A stretch of DNA of 44,605 nucleotides from Ilumatobacteraceae bacterium (GCA_016462185.1 JAEMTQ010000002.1:1-44605); one strand, 5' to 3'. Numbered from the stretch's first letter, positions 17,656-26,985 are shown. Notes: generated by a model not told the origin, from the sequence alone. Numbers and translations: made by a program.

Positions 17656-18369
17656 TCAGCGAAACAAATCTTCTTGAGGTGGTCGCACCAGCTCGCTGAT
17701 TTTTGAGTCGCGAAACCACTCTTTATCCGCGCCACGAATAACTGCAACCGGCACACCAGAAGACTTGCCCATTACAAGTTCGGCAGCACTTGCTAATTCG
17801 TCGGCGACAGCAACTTCGGTAACTTGCATAATTCGACCCAAAGAATCAGGAGTGCCCCGAAGGTCGACCACTCCGGCGATACCGGCGATGCCAATTGCAA
17901 CATCAGTCAAACCTTTGCGCCACGGCCGACCAAAAGTGTCGCTGATGACAACGCCAACGTTCACGCCGTGTTTGGCGCGAATGATGTCACGAATTCTTCT
18001 TGCCGACTTGTCGCTATCAATCGGCAACAACGCCGCGTATCCGCGTTCGATGTTCGACAGGTCAATGCCACTATTTGCGCAGATAAAACCGTGTTTTGTT
18101 TCGGTAATTATCAAATCACCCCGACGACGCACTATTCGCACTGCTTCTTGTTCGACGAGATGTTTGTGGCTTAGGGGATCGTTGGCATCAATCGGTACAA
18201 GACGGCCTTCGGCTTTTGAGACGATCTTTTGAGTCACGACCAGCACGTCATCGTCGAGCAATGGACCATTTGGCGCTTGGCGACAAGCATCGGCGATAAT
18301 TTCGCCTAGTTGGTCTTGCGGTGAAATTTCACCGATGCCTTCAACTCCCCAAATTGTGAGTCGAGCCAT
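17656..18369 (-). CDS. cofE: coenzyme F420-0:L-glutamate ligase, stand-alone CofE domain
   Basis: The segments VVTQKIVSKAEGR, GFICANSGID and VVISDTFGRPWR are typical of CofE. At 237 aa it has no C-terminal nitroreductase-like domain. It starts 2 nt after the cofD stop. Confidence 0.8.
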   Translation of the reverse strand: MARLTIWGVEGIGEISPQDQLGEIIADACRQAPNGPLLDDDVLVVTQKIVSKAEGRLVPIDANDPLSHKHLVEQEAVRIVRRRGDLIITETKHGFICANSGIDLSNIERGYAALLPIDSDKSARRIRDIIRAKHGVNVGVVISDTFGRPWRKGLTDVAIGIAGIAGVVDLRGTPDSLGRIMQVTEVAVADELASAAELVMGKSSGVPVAVIRGADKEWFRDSKISELVRPPQEDLFR

Positions 18370-18371
18370 GA

Positions 18372-19388
18372 TTATTTGTTTGCAGCTTTTGAATTGTTGA
18401 CCGCAGACGAAATGGTCGTTTGTGCGAGAGCACTAGAAACTTCAGGGCTAGACATGATCGTGTTTGTTACGACACAGTTGACCCCGAGTGATTCAATTGC
18501 TGGCTTCAAATGGGCGTCCACGTTGTCAATGATAAGAGTTGCAGCAATTGACGCGTACATGCGGGCGACACCCAGTGCCGACGACTCGTGGCCAAGTTCG
18601 TTGAGCATTCGCTCGGCAGGGCCTTTTATTGCGTGACCTCCTACGATCGGCGAAATTGCCACAACTTTACTTCGAACTTTTGTGAGCGTTTCGTCTACTC
18701 GCGGCATTGCACGAATTGGACCAATTGAAACAATTGGATTCGACGGTGCAATCACAATCACATCAGCATCAGCAAGTTGGTCAAGAGCATTTGGTTTGGC
18801 GTTTTCAATACCGACAAATCGAACCGAGCGTATTGCAATTTGGTGTTTGTGTTTCACGAAATATTCTTGAAAGCTGATTTCTTCGCCGGCTTTACCGGCT
18901 GGGCAGTCTTGGGCCAGTTCAACGACTGTTGCAACATCTTGATTTGTCATCGGCACAATTTGCTGTTCAAGTGACCAGGCTGAAGCGATTTCTCTAGTTA
19001 TCTGCCAAGCGTCGGCACCTTCTGCGCGGCGCGATGTTCGATAAAAGTGCGTCGCCAAATCTTGATCACCCAAGTTGAACCAATCGGGCGCGGCAACCGA
19101 GCCAGCAGGGCGCACTTTTGCATATCTCTTTAGTGCATCCATTGCGCGCCAAGATTCATTGCTCAGACCCCACCCGCGTTCGCCGTCAATTGCGTTTGCG
19201 AGCGTATAAATCACAGTGTCAATATCGGGCGAAATGTTGAGTCCGTGCAACACAGTGTCGTCACCAGTGTTGACAAGTGCTGTCGTGGTTTTCGCTTCGT
19301 TGACCAGTGCTAAGCCACGTAAAAATCTTGCTGCTCCGACGCCGCCAGCGAGCACAACAATTGAGAGTGAACTTTTATTCGCAATCAC
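18372..19388 (-). CDS. cofD: 2-phospho-L-lactate (or EPPG) transferase
   Basis: The N-terminus IVVLAGGVGAARFLRGL and the overall CofD/FbiA pattern support the call. The start is GTG. Confidence 0.85.
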   Translation of the reverse strand: MIANKSSLSIVVLAGGVGAARFLRGLALVNEAKTTTALVNTGDDTVLHGLNISPDIDTVIYTLANAIDGERGWGLSNESWRAMDALKRYAKVRPAGSVAAPDWFNLGDQDLATHFYRTSRRAEGADAWQITREIASAWSLEQQIVPMTNQDVATVVELAQDCPAGKAGEEISFQEYFVKHKHQIAIRSVRFVGIENAKPNALDQLADADVIVIAPSNPIVSIGPIRAMPRVDETLTKVRSKVVAISPIVGGHAIKGPAERMLNELGHESSALGVARMYASIAATLIIDNVDAHLKPAIESLGVNCVVTNTIMSSPEVSSALAQTTISSAVNNSKAANK

Positions 19389-19403
19389 AACATTGAGCGT
19401 ACG

Positions 19404-19417
19404 CAGACAGTTGTCTG
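19404..19417. promoter_or_regulatory. inverted repeat CAGACA-GT-TGTCTG in the cofD/gmd divergent intergenic region
   Basis: Perfect 6-bp arms with a 2-nt spacer, inside a 54-bp divergent promoter region. It is only a candidate operator. Confidence 0.3.
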
Positions 19418-19442
19418 TTAGCCACTAGATTAAATAGTCGTT

Positions 19443-20426
19443 ATGGCAAGAGCACTGATCACAGGCATCACCGGTCAAGACGGTCGACACCTCGCCGAGT
19501 TTTTGCACACAAAGGGATATGAGGTCTTCGGTCTAGTCAAAGGGCAAAACAACCCCAAGGCCGAATCGATTCGCGACGAGTTTCCATTCGTGCAACTCGT
19601 ACCGGGTGACCTCGCCGATTTTTCAAGTCTCGTCAGTGCGCTTGAAATGTCGCAACCAGACGAGGTCTACAACCTTGGCGCGATTTCGTTTGTTGCGATG
19701 TCGTTTAATCAAGCCGAACTAACCGGCAACATTACGGGTCTCGGTGTCTTGCGAATGCTTGAAGCAATTCGCCTGGTTGGTGGTGCGCGAAAGAATCCAA
19801 TTCGTTTCTACCAAGCGTCATCGTCAGAAATGTTTGGCAAAGTTCGTGAAACTCCGCAAACAGAAATGACGCCGTTTCACCCGCGTTCGCCGTACGGTGT
19901 GGCAAAAGTATTCGCCCACGACATCACCGTGAACTATCGCGAGAGCTACGACATGTTCGCATGCTCAGGTATTTTGTTCAACCATGAAGGTCCGCGCCGC
20001 GGGCTCGAATTCGTTACACGCAAGATCACTAACTCAGTTGCACGAATCAAACTTGGTCTGCAAAGCGAAATCGTCTTGGGCAATCTTGAAGCCAAACGTG
20101 ACTGGGGCTATGCGGGCGATTACGTCGAAGCAATGTGGATGATGCTTCAGCAACCAAAGCCAGACGACTTCGTCATTGCGACCGGCAAAACAAATTCAAT
20201 CGAGCAATTGCTTGAAGTCGCGTTTACTGCAGCCGGGTTAAAAGACTGGCGACAATATGTTCGTCAAGATCAGAGATTTTTCCGTCCCGCCGAAGTTGAT
20301 TTGCTGATCGGTGATGCAAGCAAAGCAAAAGCAAAACTTGGCTGGCAGCCAAAAGTCGACTTTAATTCTTTGATCGAGATGATGGTTCGCCACGATATTG
20401 ATTACGAGACGAAGCGCTCAAAATAG
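19443..20426 (+). CDS. gmd: GDP-mannose 4,6-dehydratase
   Basis: It carries [26 protein letters not shown] and [11 protein letters not shown] (YxxxK). The C-terminus is typical of Gmd. Confidence 0.9.
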   Translation: MARALITGITGQDGRHLAEFLHTKGYEVFGLVKGQNNPKAESIRDEFPFVQLVPGDLADFSSLVSALEMSQPDEVYNLGAISFVAMSFNQAELTGNITGLGVLRMLEAIRLVGGARKNPIRFYQASSSEMFGKVRETPQTEMTPFHPRSPYGVAKVFAHDITVNYRESYDMFACSGILFNHEGPRRGLEFVTRKITNSVARIKLGLQSEIVLGNLEAKRDWGYAGDYVEAMWMMLQQPKPDDFVIATGKTNSIEQLLEVAFTAAGLKDWRQYVRQDQRFFRPAEVDLLIGDASKAKAKLGWQPKVDFNSLIEMMVRHDIDYETKRSK

Positions 20427-20447
20427 TTTTTCGGCTATTTAAGTTTT

Positions 20448-21773
20448 TTAAACTGCTGTAGTTACTGACTCGATATCTACGGTTGCACCCGACTTCAACA
20501 GGGCTTTCAGACTCAAAGCAAATGAAACTAAAGCAACAGTTGAACTGACAACGAGAGCAACTTCAACCCGCAAAAACAAGTCTTGGCTTACCTTCCAGGC
20601 GCATATCACGTAACTTAAAAACGACAAGAGCCAACCAAGAGCAACAAGCCGATGGCCGCGCAAGGCGATAACTGCTTGGGCAATCGCGAGTGCCATCATG
20701 TAAATGGCGCTTGCAAGAGCCAGAAGTGTGAGTGTGCGTCGATCAATTCCGCCGCCATAAACCAAATCCAAAAAGAACGGTCCAAACAAAAAAGCACCAA
20801 TAGTGCCAAATACGCCGACACCAATCACGAGCACAACCAAACGTCGGAATCCAATCTTAAATTCGACTAGATCTCCACGCGCTGCCAACCGAGTGAGGCG
20901 TGGCAAGAGTGCCGCTTGAACTGCTTGGAACAAAAACAACGGCACGCGTGTCAGCAAAACAGCGTTGCCGAATTGTGTGACACGAATTGCGTCTTGTGAG
21001 TCACCCAGAATGTCGACAGTTAATGGGCCTGCGTTCACGAGCGCTGCAGCAAAGATAGAGCCACCCAATAACCAGACAAGATTCTCTGTTATTTCTGACC
21101 AAGTAGCTGGTGGCCCAGATTCGGTTTTGAGTTGACCCGCCAAAAGTACGATCATCACACCGATGATCGGAGTAATGACAATTATCAGTGAATATGCCGA
21201 CAGTTGAGTTACACCGAGAAGCAAAAGTGCCGTGCACGCTAAAACACGAATTGCACCATCGGCGCCAACGATAAAGCCGTATGCAGAAAACTTTCCGAGA
21301 CCAGAAGAGAGACCTTTGGTGAAATAAAGAGCGCCATATGTGACGATTGCTATCGCCAAACTCACCGTGATAATAACGTTGCCTTCAAATAAGTTGTCAT
21401 TGATCATTGGTGAGAGCAAAAGAATTAGCGCCAACAGAAAGACAACGGTTACGACACAAAGCAATGCAACTTTTTTGACAACTGGCCCGACACCTTGATT
21501 TAGGGCTCGGCGATGGGCGACCGCCCGACTCAGTTCTTGCTCAATCGGCAAAAAGAATCCGGGAGCGATTGCAAACATCACGAACCAAAGCGATACGAGG
21601 GGCTTAAATTTCTCTTGACCAAGAGCTTGTTGACCAATTTTAAAAAATATGTAAATAGTCACACCAGCAACCAAGAGGCCGATGCCTATCGAGAGTGTGC
21701 CTTCAGGAATAGCGCTGCGCTTGTTGTCAGTCGGCAACGATGAATTGGCAGATTGTTGCGACATCGTGATCAA
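20448..21773 (-). CDS. polysaccharide/oligosaccharide flippase family membrane protein (Wzx/MOP-like)
   Basis: 441 aa with about 12-14 hydrophobic segments. The central LLTRVPLFLFQAVQAALLPRL resembles polysaccharide biosynthesis (MOP) transporters. Confidence 0.6.
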   Translation of the reverse strand: MITMSQQSANSSLPTDNKRSAIPEGTLSIGIGLLVAGVTIYIFFKIGQQALGQEKFKPLVSLWFVMFAIAPGFFLPIEQELSRAVAHRRALNQGVGPVVKKVALLCVVTVVFLLALILLLSPMINDNLFEGNVIITVSLAIAIVTYGALYFTKGLSSGLGKFSAYGFIVGADGAIRVLACTALLLLGVTQLSAYSLIIVITPIIGVMIVLLAGQLKTESGPPATWSEITENLVWLLGGSIFAAALVNAGPLTVDILGDSQDAIRVTQFGNAVLLTRVPLFLFQAVQAALLPRLTRLAARGDLVEFKIGFRRLVVLVIGVGVFGTIGAFLFGPFFLDLVYGGGIDRRTLTLLALASAIYMMALAIAQAVIALRGHRLVALGWLLSFLSYVICAWKVSQDLFLRVEVALVVSSTVALVSFALSLKALLKSGATVDIESVTTAV

Positions 21774-21775
21774 GG

Positions 21776-21802
21776 TTAGTAGTCAGTGCCGAATTAGTAG
21801 TC
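21776..21802. repeat. 9-bp direct repeat TTAGTAGTC (x2) in the 39-bp flippase/GT2 divergent spacer
   Basis: Copies lie at 21776..21784 and 21794..21802, 18 bp start-to-start. Confidence 0.6.
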
Positions 21803-21812
21803 TTATGGCATC

Positions 21813-24800
21813 GTGAGCAATGAGCCAGTAGAAGAATCTCAGAGCCAATCAGTCACTGCGCCACCAGTTGTTACTGCAATGGTGGTGCATCAGCCTGGGG
21901 CTTGGTTTGAAGAAGTTCTTGCATGTCTGGCCGCCCAGGATTACCCGAACATCAGCCATGTCTTTTTCTTAACTACTCCGATTACCGAGTCGGGTGCCGA
22001 CACCACGCAAGCCAATCTCGTGTCGCGACAGATCACTGACGTGTTGCCCAATGCAGTTGTCCGAATTGTTGAAGGTAACCCTGGTTTTGGTCGGCAAGTT
22101 AACGAGCTTCAACGCATCGTCGAAGGTGAAGGCGGCTTGTTTTGCATTATGCACGACGACGTCGCTTTAAATCCTTCAACTCTGCGAATCTTGGTTCAAG
22201 AACTCTTTATTTCAAACGCAGCAGTCGTCGGACCAAAGCTCGTGGACTGGCAGAATCCAACAATTTTGCAGTCAGTCGGCTTTGGCATCGATCGTTGTGG
22301 CGAGATCGATCCGTTCATTGAGCGAAATGAACGTGATCAAGAACAACACGACTCGGTTCGTGATGTGTTCTTCGTAAGTTCAGCTTGCATGCTGGTGCGA
22401 TCAGATATTTTCCGTGAACTGAACGGATTCAGTCAAGACATTTCGTTTTTCGGTGAGGATCTTGAATTCTGTTGGCGGGCTCATCTGAGCGGAGCGCGAG
22501 TGATTGTCTCGCCAACGGCAGTTGCCAAGCACTTAAACAACTTTGCGGGGCGCTCACCAAATTCGGTCTCGCGTGGCGTTGTCGCACAACACCGCGCACG
22601 AACCGTTGCCACACTTACGAGTCGCTTTCGGTTGCCGCTTGTGTGGCTACAGATGCTGCTTACTTCGACTGTTGAAACGGTCGTCGGCGTTTTCACTGGT
22701 TCATTTCGCGAGTCGCTCGCGGGTCTTAGGTCGACACTTGCACTGGTTATAGATGGGGCTTATGTCTGGCGTAGAAGGCGAGAAGTTCGCCCGTTGCGTC
22801 GTGTGGCCGCAAGTGAGATTGCCAAACTGCAAGTCAAGGGTTCAGCCCGAGTTACTCGTTTCATTCGGCACCGCCGAGCAGTGGCCTCAATCGAAATTGC
22901 GTCGCTCGTTGACACAAAAAAGAGATGGAAGCAAAGCTCAACACGAACGGCCGGCACAACGCTATTAGCTGTTTTCTTTTTGATAATTTTTGGCAGTCGT
23001 CAAATTATTACTGACTCTTCTCGCGCGATTGGCGAAATGTTGCCGTTTGAAAATGGGTCACTCACATCGGGCTCGTTGTTTTCAAGTTTTCTCTCAGGTT
23101 GGTGGTCAAGCGGCTTTGGTGAAGCGTCAGCAAACCCAACCGGAATCGGTTTAGTGTCGATTGGCTCGTTTCTGCTTTTCGGCAATCTTGCCCTCATTCA
23201 AACTCTGATGATCGTTGGATCACTGTTCATCGGACTATTTGGTATGTGGCGTCTTTGTGGTGCATTTGCCAACACTCGCGTGCGGCTTGCAGGTGCTGTG
23301 GTTTATGCGGCGCTTCCGCTTTCATTTGAGGCGATTTCGCGGGGCCGACTTTCTGCGTTGTTGTGCATCGCGGCTGCGCCATGGTTGCTCGACATTTTGA
23401 ATCGATATCAAGATGCTCAAGCGCAAGGCTTGGTTCGTCGCACTCAACTTGTTGCGGGCTTGACGTTGATCCTTGGTCTTGTTTTTGCCTTCACGCCGAG
23501 TATTGCAATCGTTGCATTGATAATGATTCTGCTTTGGATCTTTTCATCGTGGCTTGGTGGTGTTTTATTAAAAGATTTGCTAAGTGTTGCGTCAATCGGC
23601 TTTATCAGTTTGATCGGCGCAATCTTCATCAACCTTCCGTGGTCAATGCATTTTGTCTCAAAATCATGGTGGCAACTACTTGCAGGTGATCAAGGTATTT
23701 CAAATCGCGAGATTGGTCTAGGTTCGCTCGCACGACTTGACCTGGGCAATATGCGTGGCGGCTTTTTGGTAGTTGCCGGATACTTTTGTGTTGTCTGTGC
23801 TTTGATCGTCGCCACTTCATGGCGCAGGCTTTGGGCAATTCGCGCTGCAGTATTCGTGACATTCGGCTTGCTGCTTGTGGTGCTTGATGATCAAGGAAAA
23901 CTTCCGTTCGCGATACCTCAACCATCAGCAATGCTGGCAATCGTGGCGTGCGGTCTGGCCATCTCTGTTGCAACCTGTCTGAGCGTTTTCGCTGAAACAA
24001 ATCTGAGTCGTTCATCTGATTGGCGCAGGTCGCTGAGTCTGCTGGTGCCGATTTCAATTGCGCTCATGATCGCGCCAACTCTTCTAAGTGTTACTGACGG
24101 TAGATGGAATCAGCCCAAGACTTCAGTTTCGCAATTGCTTGTGCAACTGCCAGACAACCCAAGCGAGGGCAACTATCGAACTTTGTTTGTGGGGGATCGC
24201 GATCTGTTGCCAGTATCAACCAACGCGGTTAACGGCGAAGTCTCATATGGTGTTGCAGACGATGGCCCGGTGAATTTCACTTCAATTTGGGCACCGCAAG
24301 AAACGCCGATGAATGTTGCCGCACAACGCGCACTTGAATCTCTAGTTGCCAACGACACGATTCGGGTCGGTCGCTTGATGTCGCCGCTCGCAGTTCGCTA
24401 TTTCGTGGTGCCACTTGGTGAACAACCTTCGTTGGCCGCTCAAAAATTGGTCGAGTCTTTGTCAAATCAACTTGATCTTCGCCGCACTTATTTTGCGCGA
24501 GATTTAGTGATCTTTGAAAATGTCTCGTGGTTGCCAATTGTCAGTGTCTTGGACGAAGAGTCGTCTATGGCCAGTCAGCAGGCGAGTGACGTTGCTCTCA
24601 CCAGCCAAAATCTCAAGTCAGTTAGTCCATTGGTCGTAGACGAAAATTCTGTGGCCGACAAAACTGCTAGAACCCAATTTGCAGGTGGCACAGTGCATGT
24701 TGCAGTCCCGTTTGATTCACGATGGCATTTGGTCGTTGATGGAGCACAGCTCACACCACGAGTTGCATTTGGTGCTTCGACTGCTTTTGATGCTCCGATA

Positions 24801-25007
24801 GCAGGAGTAGCGAGCCTGGAGTATCAAACTTCAATACAAAGGTATGTGTTTTTAATTTTGCAAGCACTTGCATGGCTGGCTCTATTGATTTTGGCGGCAA
24901 ATATTTCACGCTTCCGTGGTCGTATGCAAAAAATTGGTTCACAACGGGTGAAATTGATTACCGATCCGGCTCAACCCGAACAAAAAATAGATTTGGCAAA
25001 TAGATGA
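21813..25007 (+). CDS. GT2 glycosyltransferase fused to a large polytopic membrane domain and an extracytoplasmic C-terminal domain
   Basis: GTG start. The N-terminal roughly 300 aa show GT2 features (AAQDYPN, IMHDDV, FVSSACMLVR...FFGEDLEFCWR). From about residue 390 to 790 there are many TM segments. A soluble region of about 250 aa follows, then a terminal TM and a basic tail (RFRGR). Confidence 0.7.
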   Translation: MSNEPVEESQSQSVTAPPVVTAMVVHQPGAWFEEVLACLAAQDYPNISHVFFLTTPITESGADTTQANLVSRQITDVLPNAVVRIVEGNPGFGRQVNELQRIVEGEGGLFCIMHDDVALNPSTLRILVQELFISNAAVVGPKLVDWQNPTILQSVGFGIDRCGEIDPFIERNERDQEQHDSVRDVFFVSSACMLVRSDIFRELNGFSQDISFFGEDLEFCWRAHLSGARVIVSPTAVAKHLNNFAGRSPNSVSRGVVAQHRARTVATLTSRFRLPLVWLQMLLTSTVETVVGVFTGSFRESLAGLRSTLALVIDGAYVWRRRREVRPLRRVAASEIAKLQVKGSARVTRFIRHRRAVASIEIASLVDTKKRWKQSSTRTAGTTLLAVFFLIIFGSRQIITDSSRAIGEMLPFENGSLTSGSLFSSFLSGWWSSGFGEASANPTGIGLVSIGSFLLFGNLALIQTLMIVGSLFIGLFGMWRLCGAFANTRVRLAGAVVYAALPLSFEAISRGRLSALLCIAAAPWLLDILNRYQDAQAQGLVRRTQLVAGLTLILGLVFAFTPSIAIVALIMILLWIFSSWLGGVLLKDLLSVASIGFISLIGAIFINLPWSMHFVSKSWWQLLAGDQGISNREIGLGSLARLDLGNMRGGFLVVAGYFCVVCALIVATSWRRLWAIRAAVFVTFGLLLVVLDDQGKLPFAIPQPSAMLAIVACGLAISVATCLSVFAETNLSRSSDWRRSLSLLVPISIALMIAPTLLSVTDGRWNQPKTSVSQLLVQLPDNPSEGNYRTLFVGDRDLLPVSTNAVNGEVSYGVADDGPVNFTSIWAPQETPMNVAAQRALESLVANDTIRVGRLMSPLAVRYFVVPLGEQPSLAAQKLVESLSNQLDLRRTYFARDLVIFENVSWLPIVSVLDEESSMASQQASDVALTSQNLKSVSPLVVDENSVADKTARTQFAGGTVHVAVPFDSRWHLVVDGAQLTPRVAFGASTAFDAPIAGVASLEYQTSIQRYVFLILQALAWLALLILAANISRFRGRMQKIGSQRVKLITDPAQPEQKIDLANR

Positions 25008-26518
25008 GAAAAATTCAGTGGAGATTTGCCTTTGCTCTTATTGCGGTTGATTTGGCGCTAGTCGCAGCAGTTTTTGTCAACCAAGCTGGCAAAGCCGAAT
25101 CAAGTGCCGATGTCGATCAGGTTTCAGAGAATATGTTTGGCGTTTCGTCAATGCCGAGTGTTGCTGGCATCTTGCAGACCTCGTCTTCTTGGTTCTGTCC
25201 TGGTGTGCCCGCGTCCGAAAAAACTGTCACGAGTGAAATCATCGTCGCAAACTCTTCGGACATTCCCGTTACGGGCAAAATCACCTACCTCTCGACCGAC
25301 AAACCTGCGGCCTCTGCCGTTCTGGTTGTTCAGCCATTTACGAGAAGTGTCTTTGATGCAACGGGCGGTCGCAAGAGCAGGTATGTGAGCGCGATTGTTG
25401 AACTCGACAATGGTGGTGCTGCAGTCGAGCAGCGAATAATTCATCCTGCTGGTGACTCGGTGGCTTTGTGTGCGAACAAGCCGTCTGATCGTTGGTTCTT
25501 CGCTGACGGATTTACTGGGGCAGAGAGCCTGTTCAATATTTTGCTTACGAATCCATTTCCGGATTCGACTGTTGTAGATGTCAGTTTTGTTACTGCTGAG
25601 GGCAAACGTGACCCCGCGTCACTCAAGGGCATCATCATTGAACCTGAAAGTGTTTATTCGTTGTCGATGGGTGACGAGGGTGCTCGTAATGAGGCAGTTC
25701 TTGCTGTTTCGATTCGTGCATCGTCTGGTCGTTTTGTTGCCGGCAAACTCGAGCACTTTTTAGGTCGGGGGCGACTCGGTTATTCGAGTTCGCTCGGTGC
25801 TCCGGCCACGAGTCGTCAATGGTGGTTTGCTGGAGGACAAAAGAATCTAGATACCGATGAAGAGATAGTTGTTTTTAATCCAACAGATCAAGACAAAGCG
25901 GTGAGCGTTGCTTTTTTGACGGGTGACACCGATGAGATATTTCGAGAGCCACTTGTATTGACGATTCCTGCTGGGCGAGTGACCACATTAGAGACATCAA
26001 GTTTGCCCGCAATCACGAACGGCAGATATGGAATTCTCGTTACAAGTATCACCGATGACTTCGTGACAAGTGTTGACGACTCTTCGGTTGAATTTGTTGT
26101 TGTCGAACAGGTCTTAACTCGCAAAGTTGAAAAAAGCACTGGCACGACTGTTACTTTTGGTACCCCATCTGGATCTCCGTCGCGTGTTTGGACAATTCCA
26201 AGCGGAGTCACAGCTGTAGGTGGCTCGCTAATTATCGTGAATGCAACTTCGTTGGCGAGCACGTTGAAGATTTCAACTGTTGGGCCAGCTGGTGCTGTTG
26301 CGATTGAAGGATTTGAAACAGTTCAGTTGGGTTCTGCTGCCGTTCTTGAAGTCAAAGTTCCACCAACTGCTGGTCTGTTGCAGATTCTCGTCGAGTCAGA
26401 CAACGAGATCGTGGTGCAACGCGAAATCACGCGCGGTCACGACCTTGTCGGTTTCTCAAGCGTGCCGGGTTTGCCATATCGATCTGCCGGCATCACCAAT
26501 GCGCAGGGTGGCAAATAG
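25004..26518 (+). CDS. membrane-anchored extracytoplasmic protein, possibly DUF5719 family
   Basis: The ATGA overlap links it to the GT2 fusion. It has an N-terminal TM (FAFALIAVDLALVAAVFV) followed by a beta-rich sequence of about 470 aa with exactly two Cys (SWFCPG, ALCANK). The family name is from memory and is unverified. Confidence 0.5.
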   Translation: MRKIQWRFAFALIAVDLALVAAVFVNQAGKAESSADVDQVSENMFGVSSMPSVAGILQTSSSWFCPGVPASEKTVTSEIIVANSSDIPVTGKITYLSTDKPAASAVLVVQPFTRSVFDATGGRKSRYVSAIVELDNGGAAVEQRIIHPAGDSVALCANKPSDRWFFADGFTGAESLFNILLTNPFPDSTVVDVSFVTAEGKRDPASLKGIIIEPESVYSLSMGDEGARNEAVLAVSIRASSGRFVAGKLEHFLGRGRLGYSSSLGAPATSRQWWFAGGQKNLDTDEEIVVFNPTDQDKAVSVAFLTGDTDEIFREPLVLTIPAGRVTTLETSSLPAITNGRYGILVTSITDDFVTSVDDSSVEFVVVEQVLTRKVEKSTGTTVTFGTPSGSPSRVWTIPSGVTAVGGSLIIVNATSLASTLKISTVGPAGAVAIEGFETVQLGSAAVLEVKVPPTAGLLQILVESDNEIVVQREITRGHDLVGFSSVPGLPYRSAGITNAQGGK

Positions 26519-26985
26519 TGCAAACGCTCGTCGCGGTCGCTGTTTTATTAACCGCAGCCGTTCTAAGTGTTGTGTTGCGTCGCCGAAAGCCAGATGCTCC
26601 GGCGCAAGCTCAAGGTGTGGTGCCGCACCAGGTTGATAGAAGCGACTTTGACGCGACACAAAAAAATTGGCTTGTCGCAATTTTCACCTCTTCGACATGT
26701 GATGCGTGCAAAGACGTAGCGACTAAGGCTCAAGTTCTCGCAAGCAAAGAAGTTGCCGTGCAGATAATTGACTTTGTTGAGATGCGTGAATTACACAAGC
26801 GATATCAAATTGACTCGGTGCCAACAACAGTTATTGCAGATCAATCTGGGGTTGTGCGATTTGCAACGGTTGGTCCGATCACCGCTACTGACTTATGGGC
26901 AGCACTGGCAAAGTGCCGTGATCCGCAAGTGTTAAACGATGTCGCTTCGTGTCGTGATGCAACTCACGACAGTTTGACTAATTAG
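26518..26985 (+). CDS. membrane-anchored thioredoxin-like protein (CxxC)
   Basis: The GTG shares one nucleotide with the upstream TAG. It has an N-terminal TM, a redox motif (FTSSTCDAC) and a cis-Pro-like DSVPTTVI. Confidence 0.6.
   Translation: MQTLVAVAVLLTAAVLSVVLRRRKPDAPAQAQGVVPHQVDRSDFDATQKNWLVAIFTSSTCDACKDVATKAQVLASKEVAVQIIDFVEMRELHKRYQIDSVPTTVIADQSGVVRFATVGPITATDLWAALAKCRDPQVLNDVASCRDATHDSLTN

Noticed and set aside
17765-18232. 155-aa and 116-aa plus-strand ORFs antisense to cofE.
   Set aside because: They lie wholly inside a confidently identified CofE gene. They have no family resemblance and a skewed Ser/Thr/Arg/Pro composition, so I treat them as shadow ORFs.
22429-22968. A cluster of six overlapping 60-70-aa ORFs on both strands inside the GT2-fusion gene.
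   Set aside because: They coincide with the Arg-rich linker region of the 1064-aa protein, where stop codons are locally scarce in all frames. The main frame is continuous and carries GT2 motifs upstream and TM helices downstream.
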